Assembly (NCBI GenBank): GCA_013265495.1
Contig: MU058658.1
Location: 495,059 to 559,058, forward strand
Direction of reading: 5' to 3'
DNA from: Vicugna vicugna
Lineage: Eukaryota
Length of the DNA stretch: 64,000 nt
Each line of letters starts with the position of its first letter. Positions within the stretch are counted from its first letter, which is position 1. The translations under genes were made by a program, and so were the position numbers. Positions 52,323-64,000 of the stretch are shown piece after piece. The notes under the pieces were generated by a model. The model was not told where the DNA came from. It did not search any database and worked only from the letters and a program-made list of their open reading frames with translations.

Positions 52323-53889
52323 GGTAGAGGTTGTACAGTATTCTACAATTATTCTTATGGTTGTGAAGGAATAAGAATATAAATAAATGTAAATAGACAC
52401 ACAGGCACATATATACACAACTGCATTTTAAATATGTTTTATTTTACTATTTAAAAATATTTAAGAATTAACTAGAATCTTAAATGAATGAGGATATAAA
52501 AGGGCAGAGCTGAAACAGTATGGAGGAGCAGAAATAGAAACTAGACATATATGAATTGACCTGAGTTATAGTTTCGAATTTTGGACACATATAAATATTT
52601 TATATACATTTTTTTCTCTCTCTCCCTCTCTGTGGTTCTTTCCGCATAATTTCCATAGCTACATCTTCCAGTTCACTAATATTTTGTTCTATAATATCTC
52701 ATATGCTGCTCATTCCATGCAGCATATTTTATATTTTAGATGTTGTGTTTCTTTAAACTTCTATAGGTTGATTAAGATTTGTTTGGCATCTTATATTTTC
52801 TCTTTATTAAATTCAGTTTTTCTACCCATAACTCCAAAACAAAATGTAAGACATCAATAAAATCTATGTAACATGCTTGTATGTCAGTCTGCCATGTTTG
52901 TGCTTGTTTCCAATAGACTTTTTTTTCTAGTGCTGATAGGTCTTGTATTTCTGTTTCTTGGCAGGTATAGCAATTGTGCATTGGATACCAGATACGTAAC
53001 CAGTGTAAGATTTTAACTTGACATCGTGGGGTGTTGCAGTTTATACCAGAAACACAGATGACTCTCAAAATACTCACTTGTGTGAAAGAAACCAGACAAA
53101 AGAGTAAACACTTTTTGTTCCATTTATATAATGCAAACATAATTTAGTGAAAGAAAGAAACCAGTGATTGCTGGAGTTTTGGAAGCTGGTAAGTACACCT
53201 TAGCCTACCAGTGAAAGAATAGCAAATTTATCCTAAATCAAGCCGTAGAAACTACAAAAATAGAGCCCAAATAAATGAACTTTGAAAACAGGTAAACAAT
53301 AGAGAAAAGAAATGAATCCAAAAGCTGTTTTTTTGAAAAGATTGTAGAGCTCATGTAATCTGACTCCTTGCTCTCAGGGTTCACTGTCCAGTGCTGTCTA
53401 CTATGGAATATCTGAAAAACATTGTTGTGTATATTTTGACTGGTTTTCTAGTAATTTATGGTTGGTAGGTAAATCTGGTCTCCATTAGCCAACTATGGTT
53501 GGAATTAAAAACCCTTACCTGAGGATATTCGAGTTTAGATTTTCCAATAAATAGTAATAAGTATAGAGATGGTTATGATTATTATTTTTGAGAATTTTAG
53601 ATACAAAAACACATAGGTAAGTCCACTAGTTTTTTTGCTACAAGTCGATGGGTTCCTGTAATGCGCTCTTGTCCTCTATTTTCAGAAGAGATGTCTGAGA
53701 TGAACGGGACTTCTCCTCTTCGAGACTGACGCCAACTTTCAGACTCTGTTCTGGATATCTGGGATGTCTGAAACATTTGACCAAATGAGCTTGGAGAACA
53801 TTCTTAGGGGTTTTCACAGTCTTCTTCCCAGGCTACATTGTTTGACGGCTGTAGGTGGAGCTATGGACAGACCTAGGTGTATCCCTCAC

Positions 53890-54300
53890 TGTGGGGGAGA
53901 AGCAAGTAGGCTGAATGTCAGCAGCCTTACTGAGTAGGCCGTGGGACCCAGGTCCAAGGTCACCACAACTTGCCTGTGTATGAGGTAAGAGGTAAATGTA
54001 CACATGCACCAGTTATGTAAGCTTTATGAATAAAGCAAGTAAAGGTACGCATGCGCTAGTAGCGTTATGTAAGTAGTCTGAACAAAGAAATGAATAATGC
54101 ACATGTGTGAGCAGAATAGATAAAAGTAGGACAAGTGCGCCACGCGGGCGTGCGCCCTCTTGTTGAACTAGAATAAGGTGCTGTTTCGCTCCATGTCAGC
54201 TCCTCGCGCAGTTTGTTTCGCAGTATGGCTGCTCCTTGCACATTTTTCCATTTGGGCAGCTCAACTCCTTGAATTCCTCTTCAGCCCCCCTTGGCTGACC
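53890..54300 (+). mobile_element. Diverged relative of the 21244/37609 LTR family
   Basis: Shared GGCCGTGGGACCCA, TACGCATGCG, GAACAAAGAAAT and terminal TCAGCCCCCTTGGCTGAC. Confidence 0.8.
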
Positions 54301-54879
54301 CTGAAGCTATGGGGTTTTGTTTGTTTGTTTTTGTCTCCATGACGCAGGAAATATCAGGGCCAGAACTGAAGAGAAATCTCCCATTCCTGAGGGCTCTATA
54401 GTTGTCAGCCATGCAGGGGAAATAACAGAGAATGGCCGAAGCGAGATCCCTGTCCCTAAAAGCTCAGATCCAGTGAATGTGAGACGTTCCTCTGCTCCGG
54501 CCACTCAGAGATGACAATAGTTAACTTCATTTCAAACGTAAAACAATACTGACCTGTGAAGAAATTTAGATACACGTGAATAGTGCACCTGGCATTCTCC
54601 TTTCCCCACCAACCACAGCTGACCCCTGTTAAAACGCTCACGTTCACATCCTGTCTTTCGCATGAAGCATTTTACTGTGGCGAACTGGCAAATTGTGTGA
54701 GCTCCTCCACAAAAAGGTTTATTATGTTCAGCAGCAGGTCTCAAATTCTCCCTGTTCACCGTTGGAGAGTTTGGAGAAGGCACGTCTCAGCCTTCAGATT
54801 CATGCGCCGCCATTGATGGATATCACGCGGGATTTCATTCCATATAATCACTCGGCCCAGTTACAAGGGAAGATCGGAA

Positions 54880-55400
54880 CGTAGTTAATGCGGGTGGGCA
54901 CAGGCCCACGAAACGAGAGAATCCGTTCAAGCGGAAAGCTTGTGGTTTCCAGGCAACCGCACCGCCTGCTTCCGGGATCCGCCAGGCCCAACCAACCAGG
55001 TCTCCAGCCAGGATTCTCTACCTTCCACGGGTGGGCGGGCTCACTTCCTCCCCAGATACCCTCTCTCGCGAGATCGGCGGTCACGGTGCGCCTGCGCAGA
55101 GAACGCCACTACCTTCGACTCCCAGAAAGCACCGCGCGTGGACGCGGGAGGCGTGGGCGGAGTCCTCGGCCCTCAGCGCTTTCGCTTCTGGGAGTTTAAC
55201 GCTGAGCGGGTTGTAAGCGCGGGCTCAGGCGCGCGAGCGCAGGAAGTTGACCGGAAGGCCCTCGTCTCCGGAGCCCTGGGTGAGACCGCGGATATCCGCA
55301 GGTGGGTTAGGGCTTCGGTAGTGTGTGCTGGCCCGTGGGAGCTGACGGGCCTTGCTGTGTCGGGGGACCGGTCAAGCGTCCGTTTCCCCTGCAGACGCCC
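54880..55400 (+). promoter_or_regulatory. CpG-island promoter and probable non-coding exon 1 of the next gene (likely another ZNF; coding exons outside the window)
   Basis: NRF1-type TGCGCCTGCGCA (55087-55098); ZNF143-like ACTAC...CTCCCAGAAAGCACC (55108-55133); tandem GGAAG ETS-type sites; donor CAG|GTGGGT at 55301/55302. Confidence 0.75.
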
Positions 55401-55907
55401 AGCGGATTGGCCGTGCAGGGTGGGGAGGGTAGAGCTTTATTACACCCTGCGTTGTACTTACGCCGATGACCGTAGCCAGGGGTCAGGTATTAGAGTCAGA
55501 GCGGTTGCCACACTGTTTCAGAAGACGTGGATATTTGGGGTCTTATATTACTTACAGATGGTGTGGTAATTAGTAAAACCACTCTGAGAAAAATTATTCC
55601 CATCCGAGAAAGATTTTTGCTAAAGAGCGGCCCCGCCTCACGTGAACGAGGTGATGACGTGTAGGACAGTGTTCACAACAGCAACCTGGATATGGCTGTC
55701 GAAAATCCAAACCGCGCAATAAGTAGAATGGAGCAGAAAGAAGAGAGGTTTTTTTTTTTTTTTGAGTAAAGGTAGATTTATTTAGAGAGATAAATACTGC
55801 ATAGAGTGTAGGCTGTTTCAGAAAACAAGAGAAAGGCCACGAGGTGTGGGGGTTGGGTACTCAAGTTAAAGTTGAAGTAGGTGCACACTCTATAGACAGA
55901 AAGGTGA

Positions 55908-56283
55908 GTTTTTTTTATTGATTTATAATCATTTTACAGTGTTGTGTCAAATTCCAGTGTTCAGCACAATTTTTCAGTCATTCATGGACATATACACACT
56001 CATTGTCACATTTTTTTCTCTGTGATTTATCATAACATTTTGTGTATATTTCCCTGTGCTATACAGTGTAATCTTGTTTATCTATTCTACAATTTTGAAA
56101 TCCCAGTCTATCCCTTCCCACCCTCTACCCCCCTGGTAACCACAAGTCTGTATTCTCTGTCCATGAGTCTATTTCTGTCCTGTATTTATGCTTTGTTTTT
56201 GTTTGTTTTTGTTTTTTAGATTCCACATATGAGCGATCTCATGGTATTTTTCTTTCTCTTTCTGGCTTACTTCACTTAGAATG
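55908..56283 (-). mobile_element. Young L1 3' end inserted in LTR-derived sequence (~55740-56657)
   Basis: TSD GAAAGGTGAGTTTTTTT on both sides. Confidence 0.9.
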
Positions 56284-57059
56284 AAAGGTGAGTTTTTTTG
56301 CAACGGTTTCAGCCTGCAAGGAGGGAATCTCAAGGATACTGGAGCATTGAGTTCTCAGTTGCTCATAGACTGAGGGATTTTTATGGGGTTAATGTGGGAA
56401 TTATTTGACTTTTTCATCTGATTGGTCTTTCGTATTTAGATCAGAGTAGCTGAGTCAGGAAGAAGGAAATCCAGAGATGGTGTGAACAAACTTGAAGTTT
56501 GAGAATTGGCTGGTATCCTCTGCTGATTTTGAAGAACTGTAAACTCCTGCAGCTGCGTCAGGTAAGGTTAAGTTTGGTTTTCTTTAATGCAGCTGTGTTG
56601 GCCAACTTCATTTTGTCCGTCGTATAAGTGACTCCGTTTTAGTTTTGGGTCTACACAATCCAGGAAAGAGGATGGGTAATTGGGCTTGTCCACAATACTG
56701 GACATATACTCAGCCTAGTATTTTTCCTTCTATGGTTGTAGTGAAACAGAGAAACATCACTATTTGCTGCAGAATTCCCCCTTTCTAGCATTTGGGCATA
56801 TTCCACATGGCAACCTGTAGCTTCTCAATGTGATTGAGCACTAATTTTTCAGGTGGAAACCAGCTCACTAATTCATCCCAGGTAATTTACCAACATGCTG
56901 GTGTTTGCCTCAGCTCTGTGCCGAACCCTTCTTTTTCTCCACACTGCCCTTTCCTCGGTATCTATGAGTTCTGGAAATACTCACCCTAACCCTCACCATC
57001 TTTGGATGAAATTAACGAAACACATTTGGCTTTTCTGTTATCTGTTTGCCAACAATTAT

Positions 57060-57917
57060 GTTGCACAATGATCAATATGTCTAATATCCATCACTGTACA
57101 TAGTTACAGTGTTTTCTTGTGATGGGAAATTTTAAGATCTATTCTCAGCAACTTTCAACTATACAGTACAGTATTAATTATACTCACCGTTCATTACATC
57201 ATTATTAACTTATTTTATAACTGGAAGACTGTACATTTTGACCATCTTCATCCATTTCACACGTTCGCTATCCCCAGCCTCTGACAGTCACAAGTCTGTT
57301 CTCTGTATCTGTGAATTTATTTTAGGGGGGAGGGTTAGATTCCACATATAAGTGAGATCATGCAGTATCTTTCTTTCTCTGACTTGTTTTACTTAGCATG
57401 GTGTTCTCAAGGTCCGTCCAGGTTGTTGCAAATGGCAAGATTTCCGTCTATTTTTGGCTGAATTATATTCCATTGTATGTGAATGTATAAACCACACCAC
57501 ATTTTTCGTCCATTCGTCCGTTGATGGGCACTCAGGTTGCTTTCATGCCTAGGCTGTTGTACATACTGCTGCAGTGAACATGGATGTGCATATCTTTTTT
57601 AAATATGTTTTTATTGAAGTACAGTCAGTTTACAATGTTGTGTCAATTTCTGGTGTACAGCACAATACTTCAGTTATATAGGAACATACATATATTTGTT
57701 TTCATATTCTTTTTAACCATAAGTTACTACAAGATACTGAATATACTTTCTTGTGCTATACAGTGTAAACTTGTTTCTATTTTGTATATAGTAATAAGTA
57801 TCTGCAAATCTTGAAGTCCCAGTTTATCCCTTCCCACCCCCTGAAGGCATGAATCTTTTTGAGTTACTGTTTTTGTTTCCTTCAGATAAATGCCCAGGAG
57901 TGGCTCTGCTGGATCAG
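57060..57917 (-). mobile_element. Old L1 3' region with a nested younger L1 3' end (~57595-57842)
   Basis: L1 3'UTR text; TSD-like GCATATCTTTTT/GCATGAATCTTTT. Confidence 0.8.
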
Positions 57918-58221
57918 GATTTTGTTTTTGTGGTGGATGTTTAGGCTCAAATGAGTAGCTACATAGTCCAGGTCATAAACTGTGGATGAAGGGTCTCAGT
58001 GCCCTCCATCTTGCCTTCAGCCCTTATGGGATGAGCAAGATCAAGTTTTATGAAGATAGGGAGAGGCATAAAGGGCTTCCTATACGTGGAAGTGAAACAT
58101 GTCTCCCATTCAATATAGAAGAGACAATGGGAAAATTACTGAAGTTGGTGTGAGGTATGAGCCAGCCAAATGGCCTGGAGCAAGATAGAGACTCCCAGGG
58201 GTTTGGTTGCCAGACTAGAAT

Positions 58222-59896
58222 TTTACTTTTTTCGAACAAGTTTATTGTGGTATAATTTGTATACAGTAAATTATACGTATTTCAGATGTACAATTTGAAG
58301 AATCTTGATAGGTGTGTACACCTATGAAACCACCATCACAATTAAGATACCTAACATTTCTGTCACTCCCCGAGAGGTGCAGATTTTGAACTCCCAGTTA
58401 ATCCCTTCCCACCCCTTTCCCCTCGCTCCTCAGTAACCATAAATTTATTTTCTATGTCTGTGAGTCTGTCTTTGTTTTGTAAATAAGCTCATTTGTGTGT
58501 GGTTTTTGTTTTTGTTTTGATTCCACATATAAGTGATATCACATGATATTTTTCTTTCTTATCCTGGCTTACTTCACTTAGAAGGATGATTGCCACGTCC
58601 ATCCATGTTGCTGCAAAGGGCATAATTTTATTCTTTTTTATGGCTGGGTAGTATTCCATTGTATAAATATACCACTACTTCTTTATCCAGTCATCTGTCA
58701 ATGGACATTTAGGTTGCTTCCATGTCTTGGCTATTGTACGTAGTGCAGCTATGAACACTGGGGTGCGTGTGTCTTTTTGAATTAGAGTTCCCTCTAGATA
58801 CATACCAAGGAGTGGGATTGTTGGATCATATGGTAAGTCTATTTTTAGTTTTTTAAGGAATCTCCATATTGTTTTCCATAATGGCTGCACCAAACTACAT
58901 TCCCACCAACAGTATAGGAGGGTTCCCTTTTCTCCCCACCCTCTCCAGCATTTATTGTTCGTGGACTTGTGAATGATGGCCATTCTGACTGGTGTGAGGT
59001 GATACCTTATTGTAGTTTTGATTTGCATATAGTTTTGATTTTCTCTGACAATTAGCAATATTGAGCATATTTTCATGTGCTTATTGGCCATTTGTATGTT
59101 TTCATTGGAGAATTGCTTGATTAGGTCTTCTGCCCATTTTTGGATTTTTTTTTTATTAAGATGTATGAGCTGTTTATATATTCTGGAAATTAAGCCTTTG
59201 TCAATTGCATGGTTTACAGATATTTTCTCCCAGTCTGTAGACTGTCGTTTTGTTTTGCTTATGGTTTCCTTTGCTGTGCAAAAGCTTGTAAGTTTAATTA
59301 AGTCCTATTTGTTTATTTTTGTTTTTATTTTGATTGCCTGGGTGGACTGCCCTAGGAGAACATTGCTGAGATTTATGTCAGATAATGTATTACTGATGTT
59401 TTCTTCTAGGAGTTTTATTATGTCTTGTTTTATGTTTAAATCTTTAAGCCATTTTGGGTTTATTTTTGTATATGGTGTGAGGGAGTGTTCTGACTTCACT
59501 GATTTACACGCTGCTGTTCAGTTTTCCCGACACGACTTGCTGAAGAGACTGTCTTTTTCTCCATTGTATATTCTTGCCTCTTTTGTCAAAGATTAATTGA
59601 TCGTAGGTGTGTGGGTTTATTTCTGGGCTCTCTGTTGTGTTCCATTGATCCATATGTCTGTCTTTATGCCAATACCACGCTGTTATCGTTACTGTAGCTG
59701 TGTAGTATTGTCTCAAGTCTGGGAGGATTATTCCTCCAGCTTTGTTCTTTTTCTTCAATATTGCTTTGGTAATTCTGGGTTTTTTGTGATTCCATATAAA
59801 TGTTAGAGTTATTTGTTCTAGTTCTGTGAAAAATGTCCTGGGTAATTTGATAGGGATCTCATTAAATCTGTAGATTGCCTTGGGCAGTATGGCCAT
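58222..59896 (-). mobile_element. L1 (ORF2 3' part and 3'UTR) with an atypical 3' terminus
   Basis: Minus ORFs [19 protein letters not shown]..., [11 protein letters not shown]..., [12 protein letters not shown].... Confidence 0.96.
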
Positions 59897-59954
59897 AAAA
59901 ATAAATAAATAAATAAGCCTAATAAAAAAATACCTCCCCTCCCAAAAAAAGAAA

Positions 59955-61330
59955 GCAGAAGCAGCCTTTGGCCAGCTTATAGCCACCATAAGTTGTTCAG
60001 AAAGTCCCAGGAGGCAGGATGTGTGTGTGACGGTGTGTCTGAGGGTACTAACAGGAGTGTTCGTGGACTTTAATTTGAAAGTAAAATTTACAAATGAGGA
60101 ATAACATGCCGCTGGAACACAAAAAGTACTCTTAAGCTTTTGGACTTATATATCCTTTTTTAAAATAGTCTTGTTTCTATTTTTTAATTTTTTACTTTAT
60201 TTCACTTTATTGTTTTTAATGGAAGTACTGGGGATTGCACTCAGGACCTCCTGCATGCTAAGCACTTGCTCTACCACTGAGCTGTACACCCCCACCCCCA
60301 ATTCACACATCTTTGATACGTGTGTCAAGTGAATTTCCTTGGAAGAGGATGTTATCAATATGCTGTTATACCTGTGCTCCTGGAGAAAGGTGGATGCCGT
60401 GGAGGCCTCGTCTGCTAAGATCGTGTGTGATGGCAGAGCTGCTGAGGTCTTAGATGGGTAGTTCCAAAAAGGTATGTTTTGTCCCTCTGGGGGTAAAGGC
60501 AATCTGCAGTTGAGCGGCCTTTGAAGCAGCCACTGAACAGAGCATATTAGCCAAATCTTCAAGAGTAAAATATTACTGGTTTTGACTGCGCAGAGTCAGC
60601 AATTTTAGTAATACTGGTTATTGAGTGTGGGGCTTAACAGCGTTAAGATTGTAGTTATCCATCATGGAGAAGCCCTTTATTTTTTCCAGATTTAAGAACA
60701 GCAAAATTGGGCTGTAAAATGGAGAAATATTGGGGATAATCACCCCTTTATTAGATTTTATGTAATAAGTTTTCATCTTTGAAAGCTCTGTTTAACTTAT
60801 ATGAGACCATATTTACTATCTTAGCTAGGATTCCATGGGTCCCATTTTATCAAGTTATTTTTTTTGTTTGTTTTTAAGAGAGAAATTTTTCTCTCCCTCT
60901 TTTTTTCTTTTCTGTTATTTAAAAAAAAATTTGGGAGGTGGGTGGAATTAAGTCTGCTTATTTATTTAATGGAGGTACTGAGGATTAAACCCAGGACCTC
61001 ATGCGTGCTAAGTGCGCACTCTTCCACTTGAGCTATACCCTTCCCCCCCCTTGTCAAGTTATTTTTTTAAGTGCCAAAGCTCACTTTAATTTTAACTTAT
61101 CAGTTGTTTTAGAGTGTCTGTAATTAGTATGTAATATTTTAAGGCAATGGGTATCGTGCGTTTGGGAAATTTAGGCAAGACTCTGAGGCATATGTAGTTT
61201 TTCCTCTATTTTATATTTAGTTATCTTCCTAAGACTGTAGGCGTCCATTGCTTAAATATGATGTGTTCACAGGTGTAACTAGAGCTTGAGCCCCAGTATT
61301 AAGTCCAAATACTAAAGTTAATATAGAACT
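59955..61330 (-). mobile_element. ERVL-like pro/pol remnant with Vic-1-type SINEs at ~60170-60300 and ~60880-61050
   Basis: Minus strand gives LNTGAQ (~61280-61305) and RT-like GVIIPNISPFYSPI...YFTLEDLANMLCSV...QLQIAFT; homologous to 2160-2470. Confidence 0.8.
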
Positions 61331-61379
61331 TACATTTTAGAGGCACAAAAGCCAATCAATGCCCATCTTACCTGTTTTT

Positions 61380-61915
61380 TTTCCTTTTTTGTTGTTTTTT
61401 GTTAACAGACTTTATTTTTTTAGAGCAGTTTCAGGTATACAGCATAACTGAGCAGAAAATACAGAGTTCCCACAGAGCCCTCCTGCCCACACATATATAC
61501 TACCCTACCCTCAATATCCCTCATCACTGTGGCATATTTGGTACAATTGATGAACCAACATGGACACATTATTATCAACCAAATTCCATAGTTTACATTC
61601 AGGTTCACTCTTGATGTTGTACATTCTATGGGCTTTGACAAATGCATAACGACATGTAGCCACCACTATAGTATCATACAGAGTGATTTCATTGCCCTAA
61701 AAAATCCCTTGTGCTCCATCTATTCATTCCTCCCTCCCTCCCTCTCCCAAAACTCCTGGAAACCACGATCTTCTTACTGTTTCTGTAGCTGTGCCTTTTC
61801 TAGAATGTCATTTGGTTGGAATCATACTGTTTGTAGCCTTTTCAGACTGGCTGCTTTCATTTAGTAATATGTCTTTTAAGTTTCTTCCATGTCTTTCATG
61901 GCTTGATAGCTCATT
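61380..61915 (-). mobile_element. Old L1M 3' end
   Basis: TTTAGAGCAGTTTCAGGT...ACAATTGATGAACCAACA. Confidence 0.85.
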
Positions 61916-62039
61916 TTTTTTCCCTGCACATGTATTTTTTAATTTACATGTGTGTACCCTTCATTGTTTCTAAGAACATTCAGAGCTTTTTTAACTTTCA
62001 TGGTTATCGAAGGAATAAAGCCAACCACAGAATAAAAAT

Positions 62040-62545
62040 TAATTCCAAAAGATATATACACCTTGCTATTAACAGCAACATTATTTATAATTACCTAGAT
62101 ATGGAAGCATCCTAAGTGCACATCGATAGTTGAATAGATAGAAGAGGCAGCATATATATTTAATGGAATACAACTCACCCATAAAAAAGGATGTTTTGCC
62201 ATTTGCAGCCCTTCATTCACTTTTTTTCACTTCAAAAGCCAGAATTTTATAACTGGCAGAAACATTTCCATTACATCAAAAGCAACAAAATACCAAGAAA
62301 TAAACTTAACCAAGGAGGTTACCTATACGCTAAAAACCAAAATGACGCAAAGAAATGGAAAGATTTCTTGTGCTCTTGGATTGAAAAAAATCAACACTAT
62401 CAAAATGGCCACACTACCCAAAGCAATCCACAGATCCAGTGCAATCCCTGTCAACATACTCATGACATTTCTCACCGAACTAGAACAAACAATTCCAAAA
62501 TTTATAAGGAACCACAAAAGACCCTGAACAGCCAAAGCAATCTTT
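62040..62545 (+). mobile_element. L1 ORF2 fragments
   Basis: INTIKMATLPKAIHRSSAIP...FLTELEQTIPKF. Confidence 0.85.
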
Positions 62546-62549
62546 TGTA

Positions 62550-63500
62550 GGTCTCTCTCTCTCTCTTTTTTCCCCCCTCTTTCTTCTTTTTGTTCTCTTT
62601 TCTCATGGTTTGATGACTGGAGAAGGTCCTTTCACATCTGTTGTAAAGCTGGTTTGGTGGTGCTGAAATCTTTTAGCTTTTGTTTTCTGTGAAGCTTTTG
62701 ATTTCTCCATCAAGTCTGAATGAGAGCCTTGCTGGATAGAGTGTTCTTGGTTGTAAGTTTCCCCCTTGCATCACTTTAAATATATTGTCCAACTCCCTTC
62801 TGGCCTGTAGAGTTTCTGCTGAAAAATCAGCTGATAACCTTATGGGAATTCCCTTGTATGTTATTTGTTGCTTTTCTCTTGCTAGTTTTAATATTTTCTC
62901 CTTATCCTTAATTGTTGTCAATTTGATGACTGTGTGCCTTGGTGTGCTCCTCTTTGGGCTGATCCTGTGTGGAACTCTCTGCACTCCTGGACTTGGGTGA
63001 CTGTTTCCTTTCCCAAGTTGGGGAAGTTTTCAGTGATTCTCTCTCCAAAAATTTTCTCAGGTCCTTTCTCTCTGTCTTCTCTTTCTGGGACCCCTATAAT
63101 GCAAATATTAGAGTGCTTCATGTTGTCCCAGAGTTCTCGTAAACTATCCTCATTCCTGTTTATTCTTTTTTCTGTTTTCTGTTCTGAAGTAGTGATTTCC
63201 ACTAATCTGTCTTCCAGCTATCTGATCCGTCCTTCTGCCTCATTTAGTCTGTTCTTGGTTTCTTCTAGTGTGTTATTTATTTCAGTGATTTTCTTCTTCA
63301 CCTCTGTTTGGGTATTCTTTATATTTTCCAACTCTTTGCTAAAAACTTACCTCTGTGCATCTATACTCCTCTTGAGTTCTCTGAACATCTTTATCATCAT
63401 TGCTTTGTACTCTTAATAGTCAGATAAATTGCTTATCTCCTCATCACGTATTTCTTCTGGGATTGTATCTTGTGCCCTGGCCTGGGAGATATTCCTTTAC
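62550..63500 (-). mobile_element. L1 ORF1 fragment
   Basis: Minus ORFs NEDSLRELWDNMKHSNICIIGVPE and TPRHTVIKL...ITYKGIPIRLSADFSAETLQARRE. Confidence 0.95.
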
Positions 63501-64000
63501 CACCTATCTTCTGTCTTTCTGTGTGTTGGTGGATTCCTTCCACAGGCTTTGGGATTGTTGTTTCCTTATTATCTGGTATCTGCCCCTCCCATTTTATATT
63601 TTTGTTACGTAAATCTTTTTAGTATATATATTTTTGTATATACATTTAAGGTTTGCAGTTGGGACAAATTAAGGATCTTTGTTCTAATTTAGTTATGTAT
63701 CATCTATGCATGTGTAACTTATATATTTATGTTGAATTATAGTATATAAAGCATATAATTTCTTTAATTATCTTTTCTACCCTCTATCGAGGGGTTTTCT
63801 TTTTTCTTTATCTTTTTCCTTTCTTTTAAAGTTTATTTTATTTTTTGATTCTGACATGTAGTCTCCTGAAACCATGTGTTTTAGTTCCTGCCTCTGGCTG
63901 ATAGTAGGAAGAGGGAGGATGGGGAAGGGCCCAGTGCCTCTAGGCAGCAGCCTCATTTTTTTTTTTAATTCAAGTATTTATTGAGTTCCTGTTATTTGCC

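Noticed and set aside
54880..55400. Naming the third promoter ZNF211, or the first pseudogene ZNF530/ZIK1, from human gene order
   Set aside because: No diagnostic coding sequence is in view, and cluster order is lineage-variable.

Overview
Mammalian genomic DNA, very probably camelid: about ten tRNA-derived Vic-1-type SINEs and a shared young L1 3' end. It lies in a KRAB/C2H2 zinc-finger cluster resembling human 19q13.43. On the + strand the window holds, in order: a disabled KRAB-ZNF pseudogene (~6.5-14.0 kb); a vomeronasal type-1 receptor (V1R) pseudogene (~22.5-23.2 kb); ZNF134, with an intact finger array but decayed N-terminal exons (~25.6-33.0 kb); a second V1R pseudogene split by a complex insertion (~48.1-49.6 kb); and the CpG-island promoter and exon 1 of a further gene (~55 kb). 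The rest is mostly solo and nested ERV LTRs, ERVL-like pro/pol remnants, L1, L2, MaLR and Tigger1. I found no convincing new protein-coding system. The most notable observations are: a 244-bp identical tract (likely gene conversion) between two otherwise ~10% diverged inverted LTRs flanking ZNF134; stepwise loss of every ancestral ZNF134 N-terminus, leaving uORFs; a locally templated 286-bp insertion inside a V1R pseudogene; a 41-bp hairpin whose mismatches are almost all G-U on the + strand; a possible chimeric L1 subfamily; and alternating V1R and ZNF units. All alignments were done by eye and family names come from recall, not database searches.
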